Part shown: positions 11,701 to 23,522 of the stretch, one piece after another
Position numbering within the stretch: the first letter of the stretch is position 1
Layout of the letters: the number at the start of each line of letters is the position of its first letter
Assembly (NCBI RefSeq): GCF_006345805.1
Contig: NC_043006.1
Span: 24,614,001 to 24,678,000, forward strand
Length of the DNA: 64,000 bases
Reading direction: 5' to 3'
Origin: Octopus sinensis
Taxonomy: Eukaryota
Position numbers and translations under genes: made by a program
The notes under the pieces: model-generated
Database searches by the model: none
Seen by the model: only the letters and a program-made list of their open reading frames with translations
What the model was told of the DNA's origin: nothing

Positions 11701-13264
11701 TATTGAAATTATCTACCTGTCAAATTTTGCAATTTGCTTATTTCATAAGCACAGGTATAGGAACAAGGATCAAATAGCAGAGAACTGCATATTTCTATCT
11801 TGCCATAGCAGAAGAACAACCAACAGCAGAATGTATGAAAAGGGATAACACCACCAACCATGATCCTATAGCAATGGCATCAATTATGTGTCCCCATTTA
11901 TTTTAATTGCAATATATAAAAAAAAAAGACAAGTTCATTAAACTCGTGCATGCCATGTGACTGGCAGTCTTTAATTATTTAAACAAATGTACAACATTTG
12001 TTAGGAGCTCAATACATGACACTACCCTCTTTTTTTGAGAGCTGTTAACAACTGCCGATACATTTCTGCTTTCTTTCTCCAGTCAAGAGGGAAATTTCAA
12101 TTAAGAATTACTTGCATACAGTATTCAGTATATTCCCTTGCTTAAAAGATGCCTCTGTTGGTTGATTCTTGCTCAAAACATGTCTACTGGTTAAGCCACA
12201 CACTGAAAACCACAAGGTAAACATAGTCATGAGCCCAATTCCACTGGACATCTGCAATTGGAAGTGTAGGCAGCTTGCAAAATCACTTCTTGATTATTTT
12301 CAAAATTAATTTCAATGCACAAGTCGTGTAGTTTATTAGTAATATGCTTACAAAAGGGGGAGACACTAAAAAACACACTCAACACTAGAACAAAAGAAAA
12401 AGATAACACAATGTGAATGGGTTATTTGAATAACAAAAACTTTCTGATAGTGTCAAATACACTATTTTAACATTTTTAATCATGTGCTTTCTGTACGTTA
12501 AAGACAAAGACAACAGTATCAGTGGAAGATCTATATGTGGAATCCAATTAATATATTCTCTTTATAATAAAATTACAGATGTTTTGATTTGAATAGAATT
12601 ATATTTAGTCTAAGTGGGACATCAAATTTTACTGATATTTTGTATGTATCTAACTCTCAAAGCAGAGAAAGTCACCATCAATGAGGTTGTGCTGAAGATA
12701 TTTCAGACTGAATAACTGAAACACTGTCCTTGTGCTTTTTGAAAAGATACCAAGAGCCGATGTACTTTACTGCATCAGCTGCTATATCAATTAATATTGC
12801 ATCATCTTCAAATGTTGCAGTTTTGAATTCAATTTCAAATTAGTCAGGTCATTACCTCCCTCTGGAAAGGAAGAAGTATTCTCTCTCCCTCTCTCTCTAC
12901 CACTGGTCTTATGCTTCATCAAAAAACATCAATAGTATTGGAACTTGTCCAACTTGATATAAAATAATGACATATGAGATGCTATTATTGATATTTCTTT
13001 TCAAGTTGAAAAGACATTTCAGAAAGGAAAATACATTTTAATATTCAGTTTTACAAATAAAAACCATTGAGTTTTTCCTACATTTTCTATAACTATTGAA
13101 CATAAAGTAAAAAATTAAAATGAAAAGTGATCTGACTGTTCTATTACTGATAGAAAATGTTTTTTATTTTCAGTTCTGGCCTTAATTTTGAGACAACTTT
13201 CTACATCCAGTTCTATGGTGCCAGCCATACATAATGCTGACTCCCCCAATCTCCATCACATACA

Positions 13265-14464
13265 CATCATTATCATCATCACTTAACGTCTGTTTTCCAT
13301 GCTAGCATGGGTTGGACGGTCCGACCAGGGTCTGGGAAGCCAGGAGGCTGCACCAGGCTCCAGTCTGATCTGGCAGTGTTTCTACAGCTGGATGCCCTTC
13401 CTAACGCCAATCACTCCATGAGTGTAGTGGGTGTTTTTACGTGCCACTGGCACAGGTGCCAGGAGAGGCTGGCAACGGCCACGATCGGTTGGTGCTTTTT
13501 ACGTGCCACTGGCACGGAAGCCAGTAAAGGCGGCGCTGGCATCGGCCATGTTTGGAGGGTGCTTTTTACGTGCCACCGGCACAGGTATCACAATTACAAT
13601 TTCCATTTGATTTTTATTTCATGTTGATGTACTTGACTCAATAGGTCGCCCTACGATACAAGGTAAGCACAGAAGGCCGTCCTGCGATCCAAGGCACTTT
13701 GGATGGGCTGGGGCTGCTATGTGAAGCTGGTGCAGGAAACAGCCATGAACTCATGTTATTTGTTGGTTCTTCGCAGTCACAGCATATCTCCAGAGGTCTC
13801 AGTCTTTTGTCATTGCCTCTGTGAGGCCCAACGTTTGATGGTCATGCTTGACCACCTCATCCCATGTCTTCCTGGGTCTACCTCTACCCCGAATTCCTTC
13901 AACTGTTTGGGAGTGGCACTTCTTCACACATCTTTCCTCATCCATCCGTAGTACATGACCATGCCAGCGCAAACGTCTCTCTTGCACACCACATCCAATG
14001 CTTCTTATGTCCAGCATTTCTCTCAGGGCGCTTACACTCTGTCGTGTGTGCACACTAACATTACACATCCAGCTTCTAGTTTCTCCCCCTGGAGTGGGAT
14101 GGAATCTGTTTTCTGAGTGTCTGCGGCACACGAAAGCTAAGTTCTCGGTTAATTTTCCTTTGATGTTGCTGCACCTCTAATGCGTCCATAGCTTACACTG
14201 GGTACATCTTATGGAGTTTCTACCTACACCTTTTCTACAGATCGAGCAGGGCCACCTACCTGAGGGTGTGTGTGATGAGTTTACCTTCCTACTTACTATA
14301 ACTTTGGTCTTTGCTACATTGACTCTAAGGCCTTTTGATTCTAAACCTAGCTTCCACACCCGAAATTTCTTTTCTAGTTCTGGTAGTGATTCTGCTGAGG
14401 GCCAGTTCATCAGCATAGAGGAGCTCCCAGGGACAACCCGTCTTGAATTCCTCTGTTATTGCCT
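13265..14464 (-). mobile_element. RTE LINE 3' portion
   Basis: GLRVNVAKTKVI, GRWPCSICRKGVGRNSIRCTQC, RLRWHGHVLRMDEERCVKK, RGRGRPRKTW, then 3' UTR repeats and (ATG)n tail. Confidence 0.85.
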
Positions 14465-15168
14465 GAAAAAATACACATTATATGGTTTTGTTATTCTCCT
14501 GTAGAATAACTAACTTTAAGAAATCTTCCTGTTTCTCTGTCCAGATTTTACTAAGCTAATTGGATGTGGTAGATAACAACTTGCACAAATATGTAATCGG
14601 GCATCTATCTTTCCTTCACGAAAACTTCAATATTAGCTTTGAAGATCTTTTGGCTTTAAATATCTCAATTTTTGTGGTCTCTCTTCACACAATGAACGAT
14701 ATACTTGTGAGGCAACGATAGATGATAATCTGCACAAACTGTCTGAAAACAACTGGGTTGAGGCTTGGTTGAATTATTCTCACAAATATCCAAAGCTGTT
14801 TGAACAGGTCAAGCCTTTTATCATAAATCTCTCGACATCCTACTTGGCTGAAAAGGGATTTTCCCTTGTCATCCACTTGTTCATGAAGTAGCGGAAGCAT
14901 TTGAACCTTGATAACAATGCTGATTTGAGAATTCACTTGAGCCAAAATGAGCCAAGGATTTTTCAGCTTGTGGATAAAAAGCAAGCCCAAGGATCTCACT
15001 GAAGGTTTGACGTTTTTCCCGACGACTTGTCGCTGACATTTTTAAGTTAATTCAATTTGCTATATTCCCTCAAACGTTTACACAACCTTTTGTACTGATC
15101 CCACTTCACTCCTCACATTTTTTTAATTTACCCTTCACATTGTTATATTTTAACTGTACAGCTTTTTT

Positions 15169-15473
15169 CAGTTCTATATTTAAGAGATGAGGAATTATGT
15201 ACATTATTTACATTCAACGGATATTTGTCCTCATCTCATTTGTTGTTAACACAATGTTTTGGCTGATATACCCGCCAGCCTTCTTTAGGTGTCTTGGGGA
15301 AATTTCAAACCTGGGTTCTCATTCCTAAGGTATTTTTCGATGTTATTATTATTATTATTGTTCAGGTCACTGCTTGGAATCGCCATATAACAACAGGCAT
15401 ATGGCATAGTGGTTAAGAACGTGGGGCTACTAACCCCAAGATTCCAAGTTCAATTCCAAGCAGTGACCTGAAC

Positions 15474-15520
<47 letters not shown>

Positions 15521-15676
15521 CAACAACAACAACAACATCGAAAAATACCTTAGGAATGAGAACCCAGGTTCGAAATTTCCCCAAGACACCTGATGAAGGC
15601 TGGAGGATATATCAGCTGAAACATTGTGTTAACAACAAACAAGATGAGGACAAATATCTGTCGAATGTAAATAACA
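15169..15676. mobile_element. Head-to-head tRNA-headed, hammerhead-bearing SINE (family B), copy 1, with 12-bp TSD
   Basis: TSD TACAGCTTTTTT at 15157-15168 and 15677-15688; arms are reverse complements; tRNA head near 15395-15465. Confidence 0.8.
15585..15630 (+). ncRNA. Minimal hammerhead motif (GAAACATT variant)
   Basis: GACAC-CTGATGA-A-GGCTG-loop-CAGCT-GAAA-CATT-GTGTT; stems I and II pair; stem III ACAT is not the self-complementary ACGT. Confidence 0.55.
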
Positions 15677-16019
15677 TACAGCTTTTTTACTGAATAAAAG
15701 GGGATGTTTTCCATGACTTAGTAACCTTTTTTATTTGATTCTATCAAATAAAGCTCATGTGCATTTGCAAATTGGTTTTGTTATTGGTGAATCATGTGCA
15801 TCTGCAAATTGGTTTTGTTATTGGTGTTCTGTTATTTGTTCTCTGTGATGTCTCTTACAAGAACAAAAAAGGAACTTTCATTGCAAAGTGAAAATGATAC
15901 TAATATTTACGAGTAGCAGTTCTTTTATAATAAATTTAAAATTTGAAGTGGTCCACAGGAAAAAATTACTTATTTTGGTAGTCCACAGTAAAAAAAGGTT
16001 GGGAACCCCTGATCTTTGT

Positions 16020-16218
16020 TCATGCCCATGTTTCACTGTCATATAATAGCACAGATTTGACAGTTGCAAGGAATAGCTTGATTTTGATTCACTTGGGCAA
16101 TTTGGAGTTCTTTAGTTTCTGACAAGCTGTCCATGCTTGTACCTTCCTGATCTTGATATCTACTTCTGAACTGCTCCACCAACCACCTAAGTACTTGAAG
16201 TTTTCAACAACATTCAAT
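16020..16218 (-). mobile_element. RTE LINE remnant
   Basis: VENFKYLG..DIKIRKVQAW..KLFLATVKSVLLY. Confidence 0.6.
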
Positions 16219-16222
16219 TTGA

Positions 16223-16600
16223 AACTACTTAACCCTTTAGCGTTTAAACTGGCCAAATCCAGCCCAATATATTCTACATGTTTTATATTCAAACTGGCGA
16301 TATCCAGCCTCTCACACCTAACCTACATTGACATTCTAAAAATAAACAATCATATCATTGAAACCTCAAAGCTATGAGATAATGCATGATTAACCCTATC
16401 GTTACCAAACCGCCCAAAGCCGCCCGAAAAAAATTTTGGTTAATGTGACCAAACCGCCCAAAGCCGCCCGAATTTACCTATTCGTATTTAAATGAGAATA
16501 TCAGAGCAAATCTCTTTAGTACATTCATGAAAACACGTATTATACTTCGTAAACAGTTCAACTACTGTTTTGTACAATAATCGAAGTGTAATTTTAATTC
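16223..16600 (+). mobile_element. Nested TTAA-CCCT piggyBac-like MITE fragments
   Basis: ttaaCCCTTTAGC start shared with 22704; a second ttaaCCCTATCG start near 16390 with duplicated ACCAAACCGCCCAAAGCCGCCCGAA. Confidence 0.55.
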
Positions 16601-17291
16601 CGTGAATTTTGAGAGATTTTTTTCCGAAACCCAGTACATTCTGTAAAGTGGTTGGCATTAGGAAGGGCATCCAGCTGTAGAAACCAAGCCAAAAGACTAT
16701 GGAACTTAGTGCACAACTCCTACTCAACTCCCATTCCCCAGCTTTGCCAACTCCTATCAAGCTCTCCAACCCATCCCAGCATGGAAAATGGAAGCTAAAT
16801 GTTGTTGATGATGATGATGATATCAGTAGTATTAGTGACACTAGAATGTGCCACAGAAATAAAAGGCTGAGTTTAGGTTTGTTGGAAAAATAAATTTCAT
16901 AAATCAGTCCATAAAATGACCAAATAAGTCATATCTTCACAGCATTATAATGTAAATGTATTTGTGTTGGAATGGACAATAGCAAACATACTACAGTTGT
17001 CTGTACAAAATACACATCAAATAAAGCTGGTTGACCTAGTGATTTGTTTAACAAGACAATTTCATATTACAAGCTATTTATTGGAAAACCATTGTATGTT
17101 GGAAATACAGCCAAAAGCAACTTTAGAATTTTAATCAATAATAAAGCAATAAATAAGTTTCTTTTTCTGTTATAGGTTCCTTTAATATCTCAGGCTTTAA
17201 AAAAAAATTATTCTTTGTTTATTATTGCTTCAGTGATAGTAAAAAGTAAAATTTTTCTTCATATATATATATATAGGACAATAACAATAAT

Positions 17292-18082
17292 AATCCTTTC
17301 TACAATAGGCACAAGGCCTGAAATTTTTTGTGGGGAGGCAAGTCAATTACATCAACCCTGGTGCTTAACTGGTACTTGCTTCATCAAACCTAAAAGGATG
17401 AAAGGCAATGTTGACCTTGGCAGAATTTGAACACAGAATGTAAAGATGAGTGAAATGCTGCTAAGCATTTTTATCAACATGCTAACAATTTCTCCAGCTT
17501 GCCACCTTAATAATAATAATGATTTCTATTATTTTCCAGAATGACGGATGAGTGAGACACTATATAATAAATGTATTATATGATTACCACCAAATGTGCA
17601 TAAGAGAAAGTTAGCAACCCACTATTGAACTAATTCAATGATTTTGTTATATAAGGTTATATCAGAGCTGCTTGATCACTATTTTAATTTATGGCTTACT
17701 ACAAAGTGATGGGGATGGAGTATAAAAAGTTTTCCAAGAATGTGTTTGTTTTTTCATGACAATAAACAAAAGAATATATAACGACAAATATATACTGATT
17801 TCTTTGATGTACTTATTGAGCCATACTATTGCAAAATAATAATAATAATAATAATAATCCTTTCTACTAAAGGCACAAGGCCTGAAATTTTGAGGAGGAG
17901 TTAGGTCAATTACAATGACCCCAAATCAACCCCCAGTGCTCAACTGGTACTTATTTTATCAACCCTGAAAGAATGAAAGGCAAAGTCAACTTCAGCAGAA
18001 TTTGAATTCTGAATGTAAGACGGACAAAACACTGCTAAGCATTTCGCCCAGCATGCTAATGATTCTGCTAGCTTGCTGCCTT
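17292..18082 (-). mobile_element. Two copies of a tRNA-derived SINE (17292-17510 and 17858-18082)
   Basis: Shared TCCTTTCTAC..AGGCACAAGGCCTGAAATTTT..GGATGAAAGGCAA..GAATTTGAA..CTAAGCATTT, with (ATT)n tails. Confidence 0.65.
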
Positions 18083-18439
18083 AATAATAATAATAGACAA
18101 TACGAAGAGCACAATGTGATTGCAATTGATGTTTTATTGGTTTGAACAATATTTTGACAGCTTGCCTGTCTTTGTCAAGTTCAAAATGAAAAGCGATACA
18201 TAGAAATTCAAATTCAAACATTTGAACAAGGGCAAACTGCGTTCCCATTTTGATAGAATGACATTATCAGTCTTCAACTTTCAATTTTACAACTGGCAAA
18301 AGAAAAAAAGAATATTTAATCAAGCAGTTTTGTGTAAATATGATGATGATGATATTCCCCTGTCATTTTGTACAATCGTTCAGGGCATGATGTTAATAAC
18401 TCACATATTTCTCCTCATGCATTTTGAGGACTGAAAGTG

Positions 18440-18775
18440 TAGCAAATTGAGAATATTTTAAGTACTTTCAAATCTTTTTCAAAATTGCAGACATCTGATG
18501 TAAAATGTTGGGCAAGTTCTGTCAAACTACTGTTATTGTGCCTGACATCATATCTGTGCCCACTGAATCTTTTGCTAAACTGTTCTGTTGTACAACCAAC
18601 ATAAATCAAGTTGTGTTTGGAGCATTCTGTTGCAAACACCAAATGGGAATCTCTGCACATCCCACCTTTTATATAAATCATAACATTTCTGTTATGATAC
18701 CTAATGGAATTGACTTGCCACATGTTGTTACACAATGAACAGGGCTTAACTCTCTTGCAGCTGTGTGACTTGCAA
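18440..18775 (-). mobile_element. Penelope-like GIY-YIG endonuclease fragment
   Basis: CKRVKPCSLC..CRDSHLVFATECSKHNLIYVGCTTEQFSKRFSGHRYDVRH..ELAQHF in an open frame. Confidence 0.75.
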
Positions 18776-19092
18776 CCAAGAACAATGACACACACACACA
18801 CACACACATATGCATATATAAGGATACACATCATAGAACAGAATGGAAGAACAGCAAGAGCAAACACAAAGATGGAAAGTGTTGCTGAGGAAGTCACAGA
18901 TGTGTGACTAAAGATTTCCAGGCACTGTTCTTATTCCAGACATGAGTTCGAATAAGAATAGTGATAAGCAAGTGAAGAATGAATATACAGTGCCTGTGTT
19001 TATTTTGAAAAAAAAAAGACTATCCTAAAATACAATATCTATTTCAACACATGACTTCACATATGGAATCTTGCAACACAAATTTGTAAACA

Positions 19093-19177
<85 letters not shown>

Positions 19178-19381
19178 AAATTTTATTAGTCATATTTAGC
19201 CAGTAATTTTTTTACTGCTTTATAAAAGCAAGTTCTTATAACATAATTGCATTTCATCTTACAGCTCTATTTTATGTTTTCCACTATTAATGTTGAAGCT
19301 TCCTTCATATTGCATGCCTCGCCAGCATTACTGCCATATGCATACATAGGAATATATGATACAATATCAAATCAATGTAAA

Positions 19382-19418
<37 letters not shown>

Positions 19419-19846
19419 ATATATTTAAAATTTATAATCAAAATGGCTTTTAATCATATTAAAATATTACTCAAAACACGCACATAAACACACACACACT
19501 AATTTTTTTTAATTATTGATATGTTAGCAAGAATATTTACAAATGCTAGTAAAGTTTAAGGGAAATAATTGCTAGACAGAAGACACAGACAACTAGAATT
19601 GATTGAAAGCTATTGAGAACAGAATGAAAATAATTATTTAGTTGGATTTGAACACAGATTCCTCATTAAACAATATCAGATTTAACTGTAGTGATGAGGG
19701 AATATCATTCACATGAAACATTATTTTCTGAAAATACCAGGAAAATGTTTTGGCCCTCTTTAACGTAGCATGCTACATTGAAAGTGCAGTTCACTAGAAA
19801 TAAAATATACTAATTGCTGTGAAACTATGAATAACGCCTATCTCAC

Positions 19847-19903
19847 CCTCTATTGCCATTATCAAGAAGAAGGAGGAGGAAGGGGAGGACAATGACAACA
19901 ACC
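19847..19903 (-). CDS. Candidate 57-nt internal exon of the minus-strand gene
   Basis: Acceptor ttctgtttgcag, donor GG/gtgaga; open in phase 1-1 and phase 2-2; no recognisable homology. Confidence 0.3.
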
Positions 19904-21794
19904 CTGCAAACAGAAATTATACACTTTGAAAGAAACTATTTTCTCTTAACTAAGATTCTTTCAAATTCCAGTCCCAGCCTATTCCATCTAGATGCTATAT
20001 TTCTATTGGTTGCCTTTGAACAAACAATTCTGTCCCTTATAAAGGAATAAAATGAGTGACAGTGAAACAAATTAATAAAAGTACAATACATTAAAAGCTG
20101 CAATCGGAAGAAACTAGTGATCCTCTTTATTAACAACAATTAATCCATAAGAGAATTTTATAAGTTCAATTGCTGTGAAGTTATTGAAAATCCTCATCAT
20201 CATCATCATTGTCGTTTAACATCCGCTTTCCATGCTGACATGGGTTGGACGGTTTTTATAAAAAAAAAAGGAGACAGAAAAAGATGGAGAGAAAGAAAAA
20301 AGGTTTTTTACATTTTATGTCATAGTGCATGAAGGAGTGCTTCATTGATTTCTGTCACAGTACATGAAGTTCTTCCTTGCTGGTCACTGGTTTAAAATTT
20401 GAAATATTTTAAGTTGAAATTGTTTAGAATATATATATATATATTTTTTTTTTTATGGGAAAGGATCAAATTTTTATTGGTTGTGAATCTGATGATGTTT
20501 ATTATTCTCATGGATGTTTTGGTCAAATAGTTTTGTTTTGGCAAAGTCCAGCTTTCTACTTGGTTGACTTTCTGATGATGTTATTTGTTTGTCAAATGTT
20601 TTCATTCCTTGTTGACTACAGTAAAGGATCAAGTTCTGATTGGTTGTAAATTATGTGATGTCATTTGTTTTGGTCAAATATTTTTTGCTTTGGCAAAGTT
20701 CAGTTGACTTCCCCATGAAATCATTTGTTTGTGGAATATTTTTATTCCCTGTTGACCAGTAGGGGGTCCAGTGCTCCACGCTCTGGTTGGTTGATTTTCT
20801 GTTAAAGTCATTTTGATGTTGTCAAAGAATTTGGTAATCTGTTTTTGTCTGATGATCATCAAGCATTCAATGTTTGTTTTTTCCAGGCGGTCTGGTTTTG
20901 ACCAGAAAAAAAATCTCATTGGTTTAGTCTGAGATAACATCAACAACTGATATTTGAGATATAGTGTAAAATAGTTTGGAGTTGGAGTTTCAAATCCCTG
21001 ATAACAACAGAATTCTATGGCTGTTCTTCCTCTTTACACTTAATAACAGGCCTTAAAACTGTTTGTGTAGTAGTCTGCATGTCCCCCCTCCCTCTCTCCC
21101 TCATACATATGCACAAAAAAACATAGAGCAAGAACATTTACAAATATGATGCTGCCTGTGCAGCACCACTTAAAAAGTATCCAATCCAGAAAGGCATCCA
21201 GCTGTAAAAATCATGCCAAAACTGACCTCATCTGTGCTGGTACCACATAAAAACACTCAGCCTACTCTGTGGAGTGGTTGGTGTTAGGAAGGGCATCAAG
21301 CCGTAAAAACCATGCCAAAACAGACACAGAAATATGTTGAAGACTTCTGCCTGGCCAGTTCCGGTCAAACCATCCAAACCATACCAGCATAGAAGGAGGA
21401 CGTTTAACGATGATGATGATGATGATCTTAAATACAGGCATGGTGTGTGGTTAAAATCACTTCCCATCCCAGTGTGATACCTTCAGCAAGTGAACATTTT
21501 ATAGCCCAGTGTCAACCAACAGACACACACACACACACACACACTGCATGCATATTGACACACTACCACTTCAGTTGTCACTGTCTGAGCAAGATGTAAT
21601 GTTTACACTCCTTCTTCACTTTATAAATTAGTTACACTGTGCCTTCAAAGACAAATGAAATTTTTTTTAAATCCCTTTCTAGTAAAACAGATGGGAGAGG
21701 CAATAGGAAGTGCATCTAGCTATAAAACCCTGCCTCAAATATATCACCATCCAACACATATTTGCATATGAACAAATGAAAGTTTCAACTCAGC

Positions 21795-22595
21795 TTTGAG
21801 AAAGCGGGAAAAACCTCATCGAAATAAAACTCCAGAAGAAAACCAAAACTTTCAGATAGGGACTGTCAGACTCTTACACAAATTGTTAGAAAGGATCACA
21901 AAAGTACAGCTCCCAAAATTACTGCAGAGCTTAATGACCACCTTGAGAACCCAGTTTCCACAAAAACTGTTTGATGGGAGTTGCACAAAGCTGCAATCAG
22001 AAAACCACTACTTTCAAAAACAAACATTGCAAAGCATTTGGAGTGGAGTAAAAACGTACAGAATTCTGACCACCAGCAGAGTATATGTGTGGACACAGCC
22101 AAAAGAAGCATTTGACCCAGACTGCCTTAAAAATGGAGGAGGATCTGTGATGATCTGGAGGGCTATATCTTGGAAATCCACCGGCCCAAAGCATTTTATC
22201 TGATCGAATTCATCCTATAGTTGCAGAACTGTTTCAAAAGGGAAACACAATCTTTCAGGATAATAATGCACCAATTCACACAGCTAAAGTTGTTACTGAA
22301 CAGCACAATGAACATTCTAGTGAAGTTGAACATCTTATCTGGCCACCACAGTCCCCAGATCTCAATATTATTAAACAAGTAAGGAGTCGATATTCTCCAC
22401 CATCATCACTACAAGAATTGGGGACTGTTTTAGCTGAAGAATGGACAAAAATTCCTTTGGAAACAATTCAAACTTTGTGCAAGTCCATACCTCGTAAAAT
22501 TCAAGCTGTAATAACTGCCAAAGGCGGTTCTACCCCATATTAAAATAAAATTGATTGAAATTTTAAGGTGTTTCCATTATTCTGTTCAACCCCTG
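21795..22595 (+). mobile_element. Tc1-like transposon, 5'-truncated
   Basis: TAELNDHLENPVSTKTV, RKPLLSK, GGGSVMIW, FQDNNAPIH, WPPQSPDLN, AKGGSTPY*; right TIR ends CCCCTG followed by TA. Confidence 0.85.
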
Positions 22596-22703
22596 TACAT
22601 ACATCATGAGGAGTTTGAATTTATAAAGTAATTGCTGTTTGACCCTAATCAATGAGCAGTTAACTGAATACCTATCATCAACAGAGATCCATCTATTCAT
22701 TAA

Positions 22704-22924
22704 CCCTTTAGCATTTAAACCGGCCATATCCGGCCAAAAGTATTCTGCCTGTTTTCTGTTCAAACTGGCCAGATCTGGTCTCTCACACCAACCCTACAAT
22801 ATCATCTTAAAAATTAACAGCTACCTCATCAAAATCTCATAACTACAAGATAATGCATGGTTAGTTCAAGACAATGTGGATAAAAAAGCACTTGTTTTGG
22901 CAGAATAATGCGAACACTAAAGGG
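22704..22924 (+). mobile_element. 221-bp piggyBac-like MITE
   Basis: TTAA at 22700-22703 and 22925-22928; TIR CCCTTTAG/CTAAAGGG. Confidence 0.8.
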
Positions 22925-23099
22925 TTAAACATTAAAAAGTTGACAGTTTTATAAGTAGTAATCATTACTTATATTTTAATCACATTGTTTATTCACTTTA
23001 ACTATTACTGAGGCATCTTGCCAGTAAGCATTGTCTGGAAGGGTTTTGCTCGCATAGTCCTAAACAGTCTACAGGAAATCGCTGAGGTATACCCTGATC

Positions 23100-23522
23100 T
23101 CAATGTGGTTTCAGATCACAACGTTCCACCATCAACATAATCTTCTCTCTCTGACAACTATACTGCCAAGAGCAAAGGTAACCACTCTTTATCACTTTCA
23201 TTGACCTCACAAAGGTTTCTGACCTAGTCAGTAGAGATGATTTGTTCAAAATTCTTGCCAAGATTGACTGTGCTCCAAGATACCTCAGTATTTTCCAATC
23301 ATTTCATGTTTTTATGAAAGGCATCAGTCAATTTGATGGCGCTTCTTTGGAAGCATTCAACATATGTAGCGGCATGAAGCAAGGCTGTGTGCTTGCCCCC
23401 ACCGTTTGGCATCTTCATTGCAGTTATGCTGAAACATGCATTTGGGACATCAACTGATGGTGTTTACTTTCACACCAGATCAGAGAGTAAACTGTTTAGT
23501 CTGTCAAGGATGAAAGCAAAAT
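23100..23522 (+). mobile_element. RTE-BovB-like RT remnant
   Basis: FIDLTK..VSRDDLFKILAKIDC..GMKQGCVLAPT. Confidence 0.7.

Larger units (their letters stand above)
14520..16011 (+). mobile_element. hAT (Charlie/Buster-like) transposon 3' half, interrupted by the family B palindrome
   Basis: YPKLFEQVKPFIINLSTSYLAEKGFS..DLRIHLSQNEP..QAQGSH* matches the Buster-type dimerisation tail; terminal AAAAGGTTGGGAACCCCTG is a Charlie-like TIR. Confidence 0.75.

Noticed and set aside
12352-12384. 33-nt phase-1 exon candidate (xLSVFFSVSPF)
   Set aside because: Composition looks like a polypyrimidine tract; too weak to list as a feature
12690-12840. TATFEDDAILI as an RT YADD-like motif
   Set aside because: No other RT motifs nearby
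13430-13590. Repeat-spacer arrays in RTE tails that resemble CRISPR arrays
   Set aside because: Eukaryotic context, degenerate repeats, irregular spacers, always inside LINE 3' UTRs, no cas genes
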